From the human T2T-CHM13v2.0 reference genome, Homo sapiens, in the NCBI RefSeq assembly GCF_009914755.1, contig NC_060947.1: DNA of 64,000 nucleotides; one strand, given 5' to 3'. The notes beneath the pieces were generated by a model. It was not told where the DNA came from, made no database searches, and saw only the letters and a list, made by a program, of their open reading frames with translations. Each line of letters opens with the position of its first letter. The stretch's first letter is position 1. The translations under genes were made by a program, and so were the position numbers. This document shows positions 1 to 16,185 of this stretch, one piece after another.

Positions 1-102
1 ATTCTAATAAATTTAAAATCTTGATACTAATCAAATTAGAATCAAATCAGAATATTAGCAAAAACTACTTGAGAAATAAAAAGAAATAAAAAATTTTTGA
101 AA

Positions 103-3450
<3,348 letters not shown>

Positions 3451-3863
3451 CCATGCAGTTTTTTCTCATACAAAACACAGTGTCATTATATTAGGTATTA
3501 ATATCAATATAGCTTTACCTCCTCCACATGAGAATCTGGCCACTGGTGGGAGGAGTGTCCTCAGGCTTCCCACATCTACAAATGCTCTCTAGGATTAATC
3601 TTAAAGATAATTTTATTCCTTAAATTGTGGTTTTTCCTCACCCTTTCCTAATGCCATGAAAATATTACTCAAAAAGATGTGTTTTTTTTTTGTAAGAGCA
3701 GAAAAGTATGCTAACTGTGGATTTACATTCTTTGTAATATAATAAAATAATTCCATATTGTTGGACATTCAGGTATTTTCCAATTTTTACAATTGCATAT
3801 GAAGCATGAATATTTTTACTTTTAAATATTAAAGTAAATCTCTGATTGTTTCTTTGCAGTTAA

Positions 3864-4363
<500 letters not shown>

Positions 4364-4539
4364 TGATTTAATATTGTTTTATTTAAAAATATATTTACTG
4401 CCTTTTAATTATAGAAACCATTTATATTTATCTAGGAAACTGGAAAATACATAAGAGAATGAAGAACAAAATAAAGTCTATAATCTTACACTAATATAAC
4501 TACTGTTATCATTTTAAATATTTTGTTTACATTTAGTTG

Positions 4540-5680
4540 TTTATTCAATTATCATTGACTCCTTCTTTCTCTTCACATTCAATATCCAACCAATCTTTCA
4601 GGAAAATATTTTGGTTTTATCTTCAAAATATATTTAAAATTTGGCAACTTATTACCAGTTCTATAGTTATCACTCTGGTTCCAACCACCATCATTGCTCA
4701 TGTGGACCATTACAATAGTATTTTCACTGGTGATATGGTTTGGTTCTGTGTCCCTACCCAAATCTCGTCTTGAATGGTAATCCCCTCCTGTTGAGGGAGG
4801 GACCTGGTGGGAGGTGATTGGACCATGGGGGTGGTTTCCTCCATGCTGTTCTAGTGATATTGAGTGAGTTGTCACGAGATCTAATGGTTTAAAAGTGTTT
4901 GGCAGTTCCCCCCTTGCTCTCTCTCTCTCCTGCAGCCATGTGAAGAAGGTCCTTGCTTCGCTTTCACCTTCCACTATGATTGTAAGTTTCTTGAGGCCTC
5001 CCCAGCCATGCAGAACTGTGAGTCAATTAAACCTTTTTTCTTCATAAATTACCCAGTCTTAGGTAGTTCTTTATAGCAGTGTGAAAATGGACTAATACAA
5101 CTGGTCTCCTTACTTTGACCCTGTCTCAGGCAGTCTCCTCTCCACACAGCATCTGGAGGTATCCTGTGACATCTTATGTCACTTCTCTGCTCAAAATCTT
5201 TCCATATTTCTTATCAAACTCAGAGGAAAATTAAAGTTGTTACAGTGGTTTATAAAGTCTAACTGGATTCATTTATCACCTCTATGATCTAATTGCCTCA
5301 CCGTCTCATCCACTCCACTGTAGCCATATTGGCTTCCTTCCAGATCCTTAAATATACCAGGCTTGCTCTCCCACTTTAGGTATTTTTCTCAGCTGTTTTC
5401 ATTGACAGAAATACTCTTCCATAATACAGCTGCATGACTAATTCCCCCCATTAGCTCAAGTGAGCACCCCAAGAATATTCTGATCCCCTTTGTTATGCTC
5501 TATTTTTCTCTTCTACACAACTCTTATTTTGTAATGCACTATATGGTTATTTACAGAATATTTCTTCCACTAGAAAATAAGATTCAAAAGGGAAGAAATA
5601 TTTGGGTGTTTTGTCTTATGTTTCTGAAGAACATTAAACAAGGACCTGACACATAGAAGGCACTTAGTAAATATTTTCCA
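4540..5680 (+). mobile_element. L2 (L2a-like) 3' fragment interrupted by a THE1 LTR
   Basis: L2-like cttcaaaatatattt...ccaccatcattgctca...actggtctcc. Typical L2 end cctgacacatagaaggcacttagtaaatattt. Confidence 0.7.
4731..5099 (+). mobile_element. THE1D/MSTA-like MaLR solo LTR
   Basis: Starts tgatatggtttgg and ends ggactaataca. Perfect 5-bp TSD ACTGG (4726-4730 / 5100-5104). Confidence 0.93.
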
Positions 5681-5789
5681 TGGTCTACAGTGACCATAAA
5701 GTCATAACAAACCAATTGCTTATGAGAGATACAACTGTTCCTGCTAATAATACAATTCCTTTGTTTTGATGGCAAATAACATCCTTAAT

Positions 5790-6030
5790 AACAGTGATTT
5801 GCTTATCAGTAAAACATGGATATTTGTACCAATCTAACTTACAGGTTTGTCATAAGAACTAAAATAGATAACATATTTAAAGAACTTACTGCTTTGCACA
5901 TAGTATACACTCAATAAATGTTAGCTACACTATTTTATAGTGCTTATGAGTGCTTTGCTCAGGAGTTAGTCCTGGGTTTATCATCTCTTTCTTCCACTAC
6001 TGGTTACATGGTATTGGTCAATTTACTTAA
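5790..6030 (+). mobile_element. MIR fragments
   Basis: MIR core/3'-like gtaaaacatgg...gcacatagtatacactcaataaatgttagcta, followed by a second 5' MIR-like piece. Confidence 0.55.
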
Positions 6031-6520
6031 TAATGTATATACAAGGGGATATTATTCAGCCCTAGAAAAAAAGAAAATCCTGCCCTCTGTGACAATATGG
6101 TTGAACCTGGTAGACATTATGCTAAGTGAATTAAGCTAGACACAGAAAGAAAATTACTGCGTAATCTTATTTACATGTGGAATCTTAAAAAGTTGAATTC
6201 ATAGAAGCAGAGAGTAGAATGGTAGTTACAGGAGGAGGGGAAGAATGGGAGATGGTGGTCAAAGGGTACAAAGTTTCAATGGTGCAGAATGAATAATTTC
6301 TAGCGATCTAATGTACAGCATGGGGACAGTAGTTAATACCTATGTGGATATTTAAAATTTGCTAAAAGGTTAGATCTTGAGTATTCTTACCATAAAAATG
6401 TAACTATGTGAAGAGATAGATATGTTAATTAGCTTGACTGTAATAATCAGTTTACTGTTTATTTATATCAAAACATCACACTGTACATATTAAACACACA
6501 AAATTTTAAGTTAAAAACAT
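6031..6520 (+). mobile_element. L1MA-type 3' end
   Basis: tattattcagccctagaaaaaaagaaaatcctgcc...gacattatgctaagtgaa...cagagagtagaatgg, typical of the L1MA ORF2 end and 3'UTR. Confidence 0.8.
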
Positions 6521-6689
6521 AAATGTTATATGTTTTTACCACAATACAAAAAAAAACCAAAGAAAAAAACAGGCAATTTTTTGTGTGCGAAATCCAGAGA
6601 AGGGACAGAGTTAATGAGTTTTCCTGTAGTTCTAGAAATTATTGAAAAATGGAGAAGATACAAATCAAGATTATCTAAATGTCCAAAGT

Positions 6690-7110
6690 TCAAACATGTG
6701 GGGTACATATGATAATTAAATACATTCACATAATTTGTAAAGGTCAAGTCATTGTAATTGGGATATCCATCACCTTAAATATTTGTCTTTATGCTGGAAA
6801 GATTTGATATATGCATATAATCTAAAAGATTCAAAAGCAGAATCTTGAAGAGATATTTGCACACTCATTTTCATAGCAATTCTATTCACAATACCTAATG
6901 AGATTGGAAGTATTCTTCTAGCTGTTTTGGAATATACAGTAGATTGTACAGACAGTTACCCTACTGATCTATCAAACACTAGGTCTTATTTCTTCTATCA
7001 AACTGTATATTTGTACCCTTTAATCAACCTCTCTTCATCCACCTCTCCCCCATATGCTCCCTGGCTCTGGCCATCACCAGTATACACTCTATCTTCTTAT
7101 GTTTTCCTCT
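6690..7110 (-). mobile_element. L1MA-type 3'UTR fragment containing a ~100-bp opposite-strand L1 piece (~6808-6910)
   Basis: Minus-strand 3'UTR (gtggggtacatatgataatt...gggatatccatcacc) is interrupted by plus-strand gaatcttgaagagatatttgcacactc...ctattcacaata, then resumes at attcttctagct. Confidence 0.6.
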
Positions 7111-7692
7111 TTAAATTGGCTGCTAGAAACTTAGGGTCATATTTGCGGTTCACCTAATGGTGTTCCTTCTGTGTTTTAACTTCTTAATATTGATTTTATT
7201 TTTTTCTACCCATTTCCCTTTTGTCTTAATTATTTTCAAATGTTAATTACATATTGTGTGAATCATATGCATTCTCAAAGCAAATTTTAAAATAATTACA
7301 AAAGTATTAAAGTGCATATAATTACATATGCACTTACATATAATCAAATAAATATTATTTAAGCCAAAACAATGAGATATTTTTCAGCTACCAAATTGTC
7401 GATAGTTAAAAATTATTCAGTGCTATAATGAATACAGCGTATGACACTATTATATGTTTTTAGTGAAAGGAATTTAGCAATATGTGTTAAATGTGGCCAA
7501 ATATGCAAAAAGTTCAATGTTGCATTATTGAAATAAAATAAAAGGCAATAAAGAAATTGTTAGGCAACATACGACGATTCTTACCCTCTAGTATTGGGCA
7601 ATCAGTCATTAAATGGTGTTTACAAAGAAATTTGAATTGTAAAGGGAGAAGCCCTGATTATATAATGTGTAGCAAATAAATATTTAGGATTC

Positions 7693-7984
7693 GGCCAGGC
7701 GCGGTGGCTCACGCCTGTAATCCCAGCACTTTGGGAGGCCAAGGCTGGTGGATCACAAGGTCAGGAGATCGAGACCATCCTGACTAACACGGTGAAACCC
7801 CGTCTCTACTAAAAAAATACAAAAAAAAAAAAAAAAATTAGCCGGGCGTGGTGGCGGGCGAGGCAGGAGAATGGCGTGAACCCGGGAGGCGGAGTTTGCA
7901 GTGAGCCGAGATCGCGCCACTGCACTACAGCCTGGGTGACAGAGCAAGACTCTGTCTCAAAAAAAAAAAAAAAAAGAAAGAAAG
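7693..7984 (+). mobile_element. AluY with a ~28-bp deletion in the right arm
   Basis: AluY diagnostics (gagatcgagaccatcc, gaatggcgtgaacccggg). ggcgggcg is joined directly to aggcagg. Perfect 15-bp TSD aaatatttaggattc (7678-7692 / 7985-7999). Confidence 0.93.
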
Positions 7985-7999
7985 AAATATTTAGGATTC

Positions 8000-8421
8000 T
8001 GCTATAGTTTGGATGTTTGTCCCCTCAAACCTCATGTTGAAATTTGATCTCCAGCATTGAAGGTGGTGCTAATGAGAGGTGTTTGGGTCATTGGGGCAGG
8101 TCCCTCACGAATGGTTCGGTGCTGTCCTCACTGTAATAGGTGATTTCTCACTCTGATAGCTTCCAAGACAGCTGGTTGTTAAAAAGGGCCTGGTACCTCC
8201 CTCTCCTTTCTTGCTTTCTCTCTTGCCATGGGATCTCTGCACACGTCAGCTTCGCTAACCTTCTGCCATGAATGAAAGCAGTCTGAGGCCCTCACCAGAA
8301 GCAGATGCTGGTGTCACGCTACTTGTGCAGCCTGCAGAACCATAAGCCAAATAAACCTCTCTTCTTTATAAATTAATAGCCTCAGATATTCCTTTATAGC
8401 AACACTAAATGGACTAAAGTA
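8000..8421 (+). mobile_element. MSTB-like MaLR solo LTR
   Basis: Starts tgctatagtttggatgtttgtcccc and ends aaatggactaaagta. TSD gattc (7995-7999 / 8422-8426). Confidence 0.88.
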
Positions 8422-8845
8422 GATTCAATACTGGATAATATATTATCTTGCGTGCAAAATTTTTTTCTTAAATGTTGAGAAGACTATCCAAAAGGTATTG
8501 AAATGGTTATCTATGAGTGGCTGGATTCTTTATGCTTTCCCTGTATTCCCAAGTGTTTATATATGAAACAAATTTCCTTTACAGTCTAAGGCAAAAATAA
8601 TTTACTGAATATATGTATAAGACAAAACTCCTTAGAGGCTTTGTAAACTCTCATACTTGTGAACAGGATCAAGAGAGCAGTAGGCCGTCTCCACAGAGAC
8701 AATGATGTAAAGTTGCTGGAGAACAGAGACAGTAGAATTACTCCATGTGTATTTCACACAAATCTTCTCTGCAAAACTCAAATGTCTTTTATCTTTTAAA
8801 TGGTAGAACAAATTCTGGTAAGAGGACTCTATCACTCTATTCAAA

Positions 8846-8882
8846 TCCTTCCTTCCTTCCATGCTTTCTCTTTCTTTCTTTT

Positions 8883-8930
<48 letters not shown>

Positions 8931-8991
8931 TTTCTTTCTTTTTCTTTCTTTTTTCTTTCTCTTTCTTCCTTTCTTCCTTCCTTCCTTCCTT

Positions 8992-9022
<31 letters not shown>

Positions 9023-9070
9023 TCTTCTTTTTTTCTTTCTCTCTTTCTTTCTTTCCCTTTCTTTTTCTCT
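8846..9070 (+). repeat. Compound polypyrimidine microsatellite (TTTC)n/(CCTT)n/(CT)n
   Basis: Directly visible. It accounts for the low-complexity ORFs at 8745-9103. Confidence 0.97.
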
Positions 9071-9079
9071 ATATTTGTT

Positions 9080-9235
9080 CACAGTTTATTGAGGTATAAG
9101 TGATATACAAAAAACTGGACATATTTAATATATACAATTTGATGGATTTGGAGATATGCATACATTTATAAGCCATCATCACAATCAAGGTAGTGAACAC
9201 ATCCATCACCTCCAAAATTTTCCTCCTGCCTCCTC
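9080..9235 (-). mobile_element. L1MB-type extreme 3' end
   Basis: cagtttattgaggtataa...catcacaatcaaggtagtgaacacatccatcacctccaaaa. Confidence 0.7.
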
Positions 9236-9519
9236 TTTCTATATTCAAAACCTTTCTTTATCATTATGTGTTCCTTTCATACTAAAATAACCTTACTTGC
9301 ACCTCCATAAAATAACCTTATCTGCACATTGGCTTCACCAATGTTATGGGCTGTTTTTAAAAAATTTCCTTTGCAAATTTATTATTGTTTAATATCTCTA
9401 GATTCAGAAACTGTAGACACTTTGATAAATGGATTGAATTTGTTTGTCTTTGGTCTTCTTCTCTTTTAAGGTGATATATCTAGATATAATATGTGTGTGT
9501 GTGTATGTGTAGTGCATGT

Positions 9520-10395
<876 letters not shown>

Positions 10396-10398
10396 TAT

Positions 10399-12255
10399 GG
10401 ACTTCTGGTTTGTGGTTCTGCATGTAAGGAGCTTGGAAATCCATGCCTTCTTAACAACTACAAAGCTGAATAGGTTGAAAAAGTCAACAACTCTTCTTGG
10501 ATCTGTAAGATAGGGGAGGACACAGGGAAACTACTACTCCCAAGGTTGGAGATACAGGTAAATATAGTCATGACTCATGAGCAGAAACTGCCAGAGGAAC
10601 CGGTACTAGGGTAGGAAAATCTAAACTGTAATTAAATAATTGCTGAAGGTTCAGCGCAGACAAGTCTAAGAATTAAAAACTCCAGGAGGACCCAGTGATA
10701 GACGGGTTTTTACAGTATTATGAGATTTACCTCCAGGAGCTCAGCCATGTTGCCATAGTAAATATTGGAGGAAAATCTTCTCACGCTTTCAGCAGTGGGA
10801 AGGAAAAAGGAACCATTTTGAAATACACCAAAGTACTCAGAGTACATAAAGACTAAGACTTATTCATAGGACCATAGAATGCTTCTTCTCCCCACCCCAC
10901 TTTACCACATTACCAAGGGCCTATTTGCAGAAGTTCATTTTACATAGTACATCATGTCTCATTATTAAGAAAAAATTACAAGACATATCAAAAGGCAAAA
11001 AAAAAAAAACCCCACAAGTTCAAAAGATAGGGTAAGCATCAGAACCAGATATGGCAGGGTGTTGAAATTATCAGACCTGGAATTTAAAAATGCCGAGGGT
11101 TCTAAAGGATGAAGTAGGCAGTATGCAAGAAGAGATGGGCAATGTAAACAGAGAAATGGAAATCCTAAGAGAGAACCAAAAAGAAATGCTCAAGATCAAA
11201 AACATTGTAACAGAAATAAAGAATGCCTTTGTTGGGTTTATTAGTAGACAGGATACAACTGAGTAAAGAATCTCTGAGCTTGAGGATATATCATTAGAAA
11301 CTTCAAAAACTAAAAAAGCAAAGAGAACAGAAACTGAAATAAAACAACAGAATAGATTATCCAAAAACTGTGGGAAAACTGCAAGGGTACAACATATGCA
11401 TAATGGGAATACAAGAAGGGGAAGAGAAAGAAAGAAATATAAGAAATATTGGAGTCAATAATGACTGAGAATTTCCCTAAATAATTCCAGACACCAAACC
11501 ACAGATCCAGGTGGTTTCGTGTCTGGCATTATTTGGGGAGAGTCTCAGTTCAGAGAACATCAAGCAGGATAAATGCTAAAAAATGACACCTAAGCACATC
11601 ATTTTCAAACTGCAGAAAATCAAAGAGAAAAAAATCCTGGAATAAGCCAAAGGGTTGGGGGGGATTCTTATCTATAGAGTAACAAAGATAAGAATTACTT
11701 CCAACTCCTCAAAAACCATGCAAACAAGAAGAGAGCGGAGCAAAATATTCAAAGTGTTGAGGGAAAAATCCACCAACCTAGAATTGCATATTTTGCAAAA
11801 TTATCCTTCAAAAGTGAAGGATGAAGACTTTCTTAGAGAAACAAAAACTGAGGGAATTTATTGTTAGTAGACCGGCCTTGCAAGCAACGTTAGAAGTTCT
11901 TTAGAGAGAAGGAAAATGATAAAGGACAGAAACTCTGATCTACATGAAGAAAGTAAAACCATCAAAGAAGGAATAAGTAAAGGTAAAATGAAAACTTTTA
12001 TTTTACAATTCTTAATTGATCTAACAGATAACAGTTTGTTCAAAATAATAGCAGCAATATAATCAATTATGTAGGTGAATGTATATATCATATATAGCTT
12101 ATGTATGCTTACATACAAGTGAAATGAATGTATCTTTGATACAAGGAACGGGAGGGAGGAATTAGGTTATTTTGTTATTATGAGGTATTCACACTGCCTG
12201 CGAAGCGGTACAGTGTCATTTGAAAATGGACTTGGATTAGTTGTAATTGTATGTC
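10399..12255 (+). mobile_element. L1MC/L1MD-type 5'UTR plus ORF1 remnant
   Basis: Starts ggacttctggtttgtggttctgcatgtaaggagcttgg. Degenerate ORF1-like stretch at 11070-11950 (KTMQTRRERSKIFKVLREK). Confidence 0.65.
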
Positions 12256-12990
12256 CAAAATAATTGAAAACAGGTATTAAACAAAAAAACCTAAAAACTT
12301 GTACACCAATGTTCATAGCAGTACTAGTCACAATAGCCAAAGTAAGGAATCAATGAAATTTCGATCAACTGATGAATAGACCAACAATTGTGGCATATCC
12401 ATACAATGAAATATTGATGGCTGGCCTCAATGGCTCATCCTGTAATCCAAGCTCTTTGGGAGGCCAAGGTGGGCAGATCGTTTGAGCCCAGGAATTCAAG
12501 ACCAGCCTGGGAAACAAGGCAAAACCCCATCTCTACGAAAAATACAAAAATTAGCCAGCCTCATAACTTGGTCTCAAAATAAATAAATAAATAGATACAA
12601 ATTGAAAAATAAAAACATTTAAAGAAATATTGAGCCATAAAAAGGAATATAGTACTAATCCATGATGCAACACAGATGAACCTCAAAAACGTGCTAAATC
12701 AATGAAACCAGACACAAAATACCAAGTATTGTATGATTCCATTTGTATGAAATATCCAGAATAGTTAAATCCATACAGAGAGAAAGTGGTTAGTGGTTGT
12801 CAGGTACTGAAGGAGAAGGAAATGGCCAGCGACTTCTTAATGGGTTCAGGGTTTCCTTTTGTAGTGATGAAAATGTTTCAGAGCCAGGTCAAGGTGCTTG
12901 TTGCAACATTGTAAATATGCTAGATGACTCTAAATTGTGCACTTTAAAATGGTTATTGTATGTTATGTGAATTTTTCTTCAATAAAAAAT
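12256..12990 (+). mobile_element. L1MB-type 3' end, host of a monomeric Alu
   Basis: cttgtacaccaatgttcatagcagta...gccataaaaaggaat...gtatgattccatttgtatgaaatatccagaata...aataaaaa. Confidence 0.75.
12419..12623 (+). mobile_element. Alu left monomer plus linker, with an atypical 3' segment
   Basis: Left arm and aaaatacaaaaattagcc, then agcctcataacttggtctc and an A-rich tail. TSD gaaatattga (12408-12417 / 12624-12633). Confidence 0.8.
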
Positions 12991-13009
12991 TTGATGAAAA
13001 GCAATAGAT

Positions 13010-14002
13010 TGCAAATTTAACATGTGTAAAATCTAACTCGTGATTCCCTCACTGCCAAATCTGAAATCACAGTCTTTCACACTCCAGTTAATTGCAAATC
13101 CATTCTTCTTTTTCCTCAGGCCAAAAACCTTGTAGTCATCTTTGACTCTCTCACACTCCACATCTAATCCATAGGAAACTATGAAAGGATTTACATTTCT
13201 AAATATATCCAGAATGTGACAACATCTCACCATTACCACTTCTATCATTCTCGTCTAAACTACTATAATCTCCTTCACTAGATTTTCACAATAGCCTCTT
13301 AACTGGCTTCGATCTTTTCCCCTCTTCAGTCCTTTTCAGTACAGCAGCCAGAGGATCCTATTAAAGCATGTTATATAACATACATTTTCTGTTCAAAACC
13401 CTCCAATGATTTTCTGCTGCTTTCAGAGTTAAAGCCAAAGTTCATACAATAGCCTGCAAGGCTCTAGATGATATGAACTAACGTAAAATCTGTGACCTAA
13501 TCTCCTATTCTTTTCCCCTTCATTCACATTGCCCCATCTGCACCACCCTTCTGGCTGTTAGTAAAACTTCCAGGAAGAATATTTCTTCAGGAAACTGCCA
13601 TTGATGTCTCCTCTGTCTGAAATATCCACCACAACTGCCATCATCGTTACCATCACAGCCGATATCCAAATGATTTTCTACCTTACCTCCCTCAGTTATT
13701 TACTCAGATATAACTTACACAGTGAGCCCATCTCTAACAACCCTACCTAACACTGTAACCCCCTCATCCTTCCCAGCTCACTTCCACACCTTACATTTCT
13801 CCTTACTGCTTATCACCATTAAAATCCTATGCATTTTATTTATTTAGATTTTTTATCTATCTTCTTCAATTATAATATAAACTTCACAAGTTCAGGTAAT
13901 TTTACCTATCTCATTCACTACTATATTTTCAGCACCTAACACAGTACTTGGTAAACCATAGAAGATAAGTAAATATTTGTTGAGTGGGAGTGGATGAATG
14001 AC
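13010..14002 (+). mobile_element. L2a 3' ~1 kb
   Basis: caggccaaaaaccttgtagtcatctttgactc...aatatatccagaatgtgac...aaatatttgttgagtgggagtggatgaatga. Confidence 0.85.
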
Positions 14003-15397
14003 ATTGTAGGAAGAATCTCCTAATGGCCACCTCTCTGCACAATATGGTTCCATAATTACTGCAGGATCTCCTTGCAGAAAGCCTGCCTGTCAATTCCTTG
14101 CTGAGCTCTATTCTCTCACATCTAGAGTAGTTGTGTTTCTACCTATTCAAGGAACAATGAGGACACTACCTCACAGAAGTCTGGCTGGTATTTATTCTTC
14201 TGTGGTGAACACCTCTAAACAAAAAGGATTTTGAGTTGATCTCTTGCCTATCCATAAATGGGATCAAGTCCAGGGGTTCAGAGAGAAAAGATAATGGGGA
14301 GCATCACCAGAGAAAAACCTAAGTCTGTTAGCATGTAAACATTATTAATTATGTGTATGTGTCTTGGGGGAAAAGTGCAAGAAGAGCTGGATAATAATTT
14401 TTATAAGAGAAGAATGATTCATATTTGCAGCTTAATAGAAGTCTGTAATATCTAGATATGTCTGTAATGTCAAAGTCCAGAGCAAAGACAGAATAGAGAT
14501 AAGGGAACAGGACAAAAGGTCATGTTTGGACAGAGAAGGGAGACTGATTTTTGGAGGGGCAGAGATGCATTTAACTCAAGTTAAATCTAGCTTATTTGTA
14601 GTTTGGAAACAGCAAGAGGTTTAGGCCATAGTCAAAGCTATCTACATATCTTACCTGTAAACTGGAATAAATCAAATGCAACTTGTTCAACTGATCACTC
14701 TCTCTGGTATTCAGGATTTGACAGTTCCAAATCTGTTACCCTCCAGAGCTGCCGCAAAACATCAAAGACTTACAGGTTTCAGAGATACTCTTCCCCAATT
14801 TTAAAAAAGTAGATGTACCACATTTCAAATGAAAAGAGTTAGGTCTAAATAAATTGTTAACATAGTTCAAAGTGTAAAGAAAATGTGAAATATGAATATT
14901 GAAGGAAAAGCTATGTAATGATCTTTAAATAATAAAGACTCCCTGAACACAACATACATGTACTGTTTCTGTAATCTGGGTCCTACTTTCCTTTCAGCCT
15001 CATAGCATTCCTCTTCACCACAACGACCACAACTTCTTTTACTCTAGTCACACTGAATCACTGTGCTAATCTGCTCAGAACTGCACACCTGTGAATGAGC
15101 CTCCATAATCTAACTTGTGTCTCAAGTTTCACTTGTTATTTTTGTCGTGACTCAGATTAGCTTCGGTTTCCATAATAGCCTGTCTCAGTCGTTTGCCTTA
15201 ACCTGTCACCACAAGAAGACAAAGACAGTAGAGAGACATGTTTTCTCACCTGTCCCTGGCTTCTATTCACCAAGCTTCCTGCCTGACCTGAGCAATCCAG
15301 TGGGCATGAGCAGAAAAATGCTCATCAAAAAGTTGGATTCCAGCAACTTTTTATAGCAGCTAGACCCTTTTCTTTTTCCTCTGCCTTTTGAGACTCT

Positions 15398-16185
15398 ATA
15401 CTTAAACAAAATAGACTTTAAGTAAAAAACTGTCACTATAAATGTAATCACAAAGGAGATTGTTACATAATGATAAGAGGGCCAATTCAACAGTAAAATA
15501 TAAAAATTATAAATATATAAGCACATATCATCAAAGCACCTAAATATGTAAAGTAAACGTTGTCAGATCTGAAGGGAGAAATACATAGCAATACAATGGA
15601 AGTAGGAGATTTTAAGACCCCACTTACAACTGGGGATAGATAATCCAGAGATAAGATCAATAAGGAAAAACTACAGACTGAATAGACCTAACAAAAATCT
15701 TCAACAAAATATTACCAAATGAAATTCAACAGCACATTAAAAGAATTATATGCCATAACCAAGTGTAAGTTAGCCCTAGGATGCAAGGATGGTTCAACAT
15801 ACTCAAATCAATCAATGTAATACACCACATTAATGGAATGAAGGCTACACATCACATGATCATATTAATAGATGCACAAAAAATATGTGACAAAATTCAA
15901 GACCCTTTCATGCTAAAAACTCAACAAACTAGGTATAAAAGGAACTTAAAACAATACAGACCATATATGAAAATCCCACTGCAAACATCATATTCAATGA
16001 CGAAAAACTGAAAGCTTTTTCTGTAAGATATGGAGCAAGACAAGGATGCCTACTCCCACCACTTCAATTTAACACAGTACTGGATGTCATAGCCAGAGGA
16101 ATTAGGCAAGAGAAGGAAATAAAACACATCCAAATTGGGAAGGAAAAAGTAAAAATATCTGTTTGCAGGTGACATGATCTTATTA
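15398..16185 (+). mobile_element. Old L1 ORF2 fragments (EN joined to RT, internal deletion)
   Basis: ORF 15781-16011 [18 protein letters not shown]; tttgcaggtgacatgatc (FADDM-like). Confidence 0.8.

Noticed and set aside
8632-8862. 76-aa minus-strand ORF in non-repeat DNA
   Set aside because: It starts inside the microsatellite, with no recognisable protein similarity or convincing splice context.
8745-9103. F/L/S-rich and K/E/R-rich ORFs
   Set aside because: They are translations of the (TTTC)n microsatellite.
12419-12623. BC200 or 7SL RNA gene
   Set aside because: It lacks the BC200 C-rich unique domain and the 7SL S-domain, and it has the Alu dimer linker.
15117-15356. 79-aa ORF in unique DNA
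   Set aside because: It has a non-ATG start, no recognisable homology, and a length within chance.
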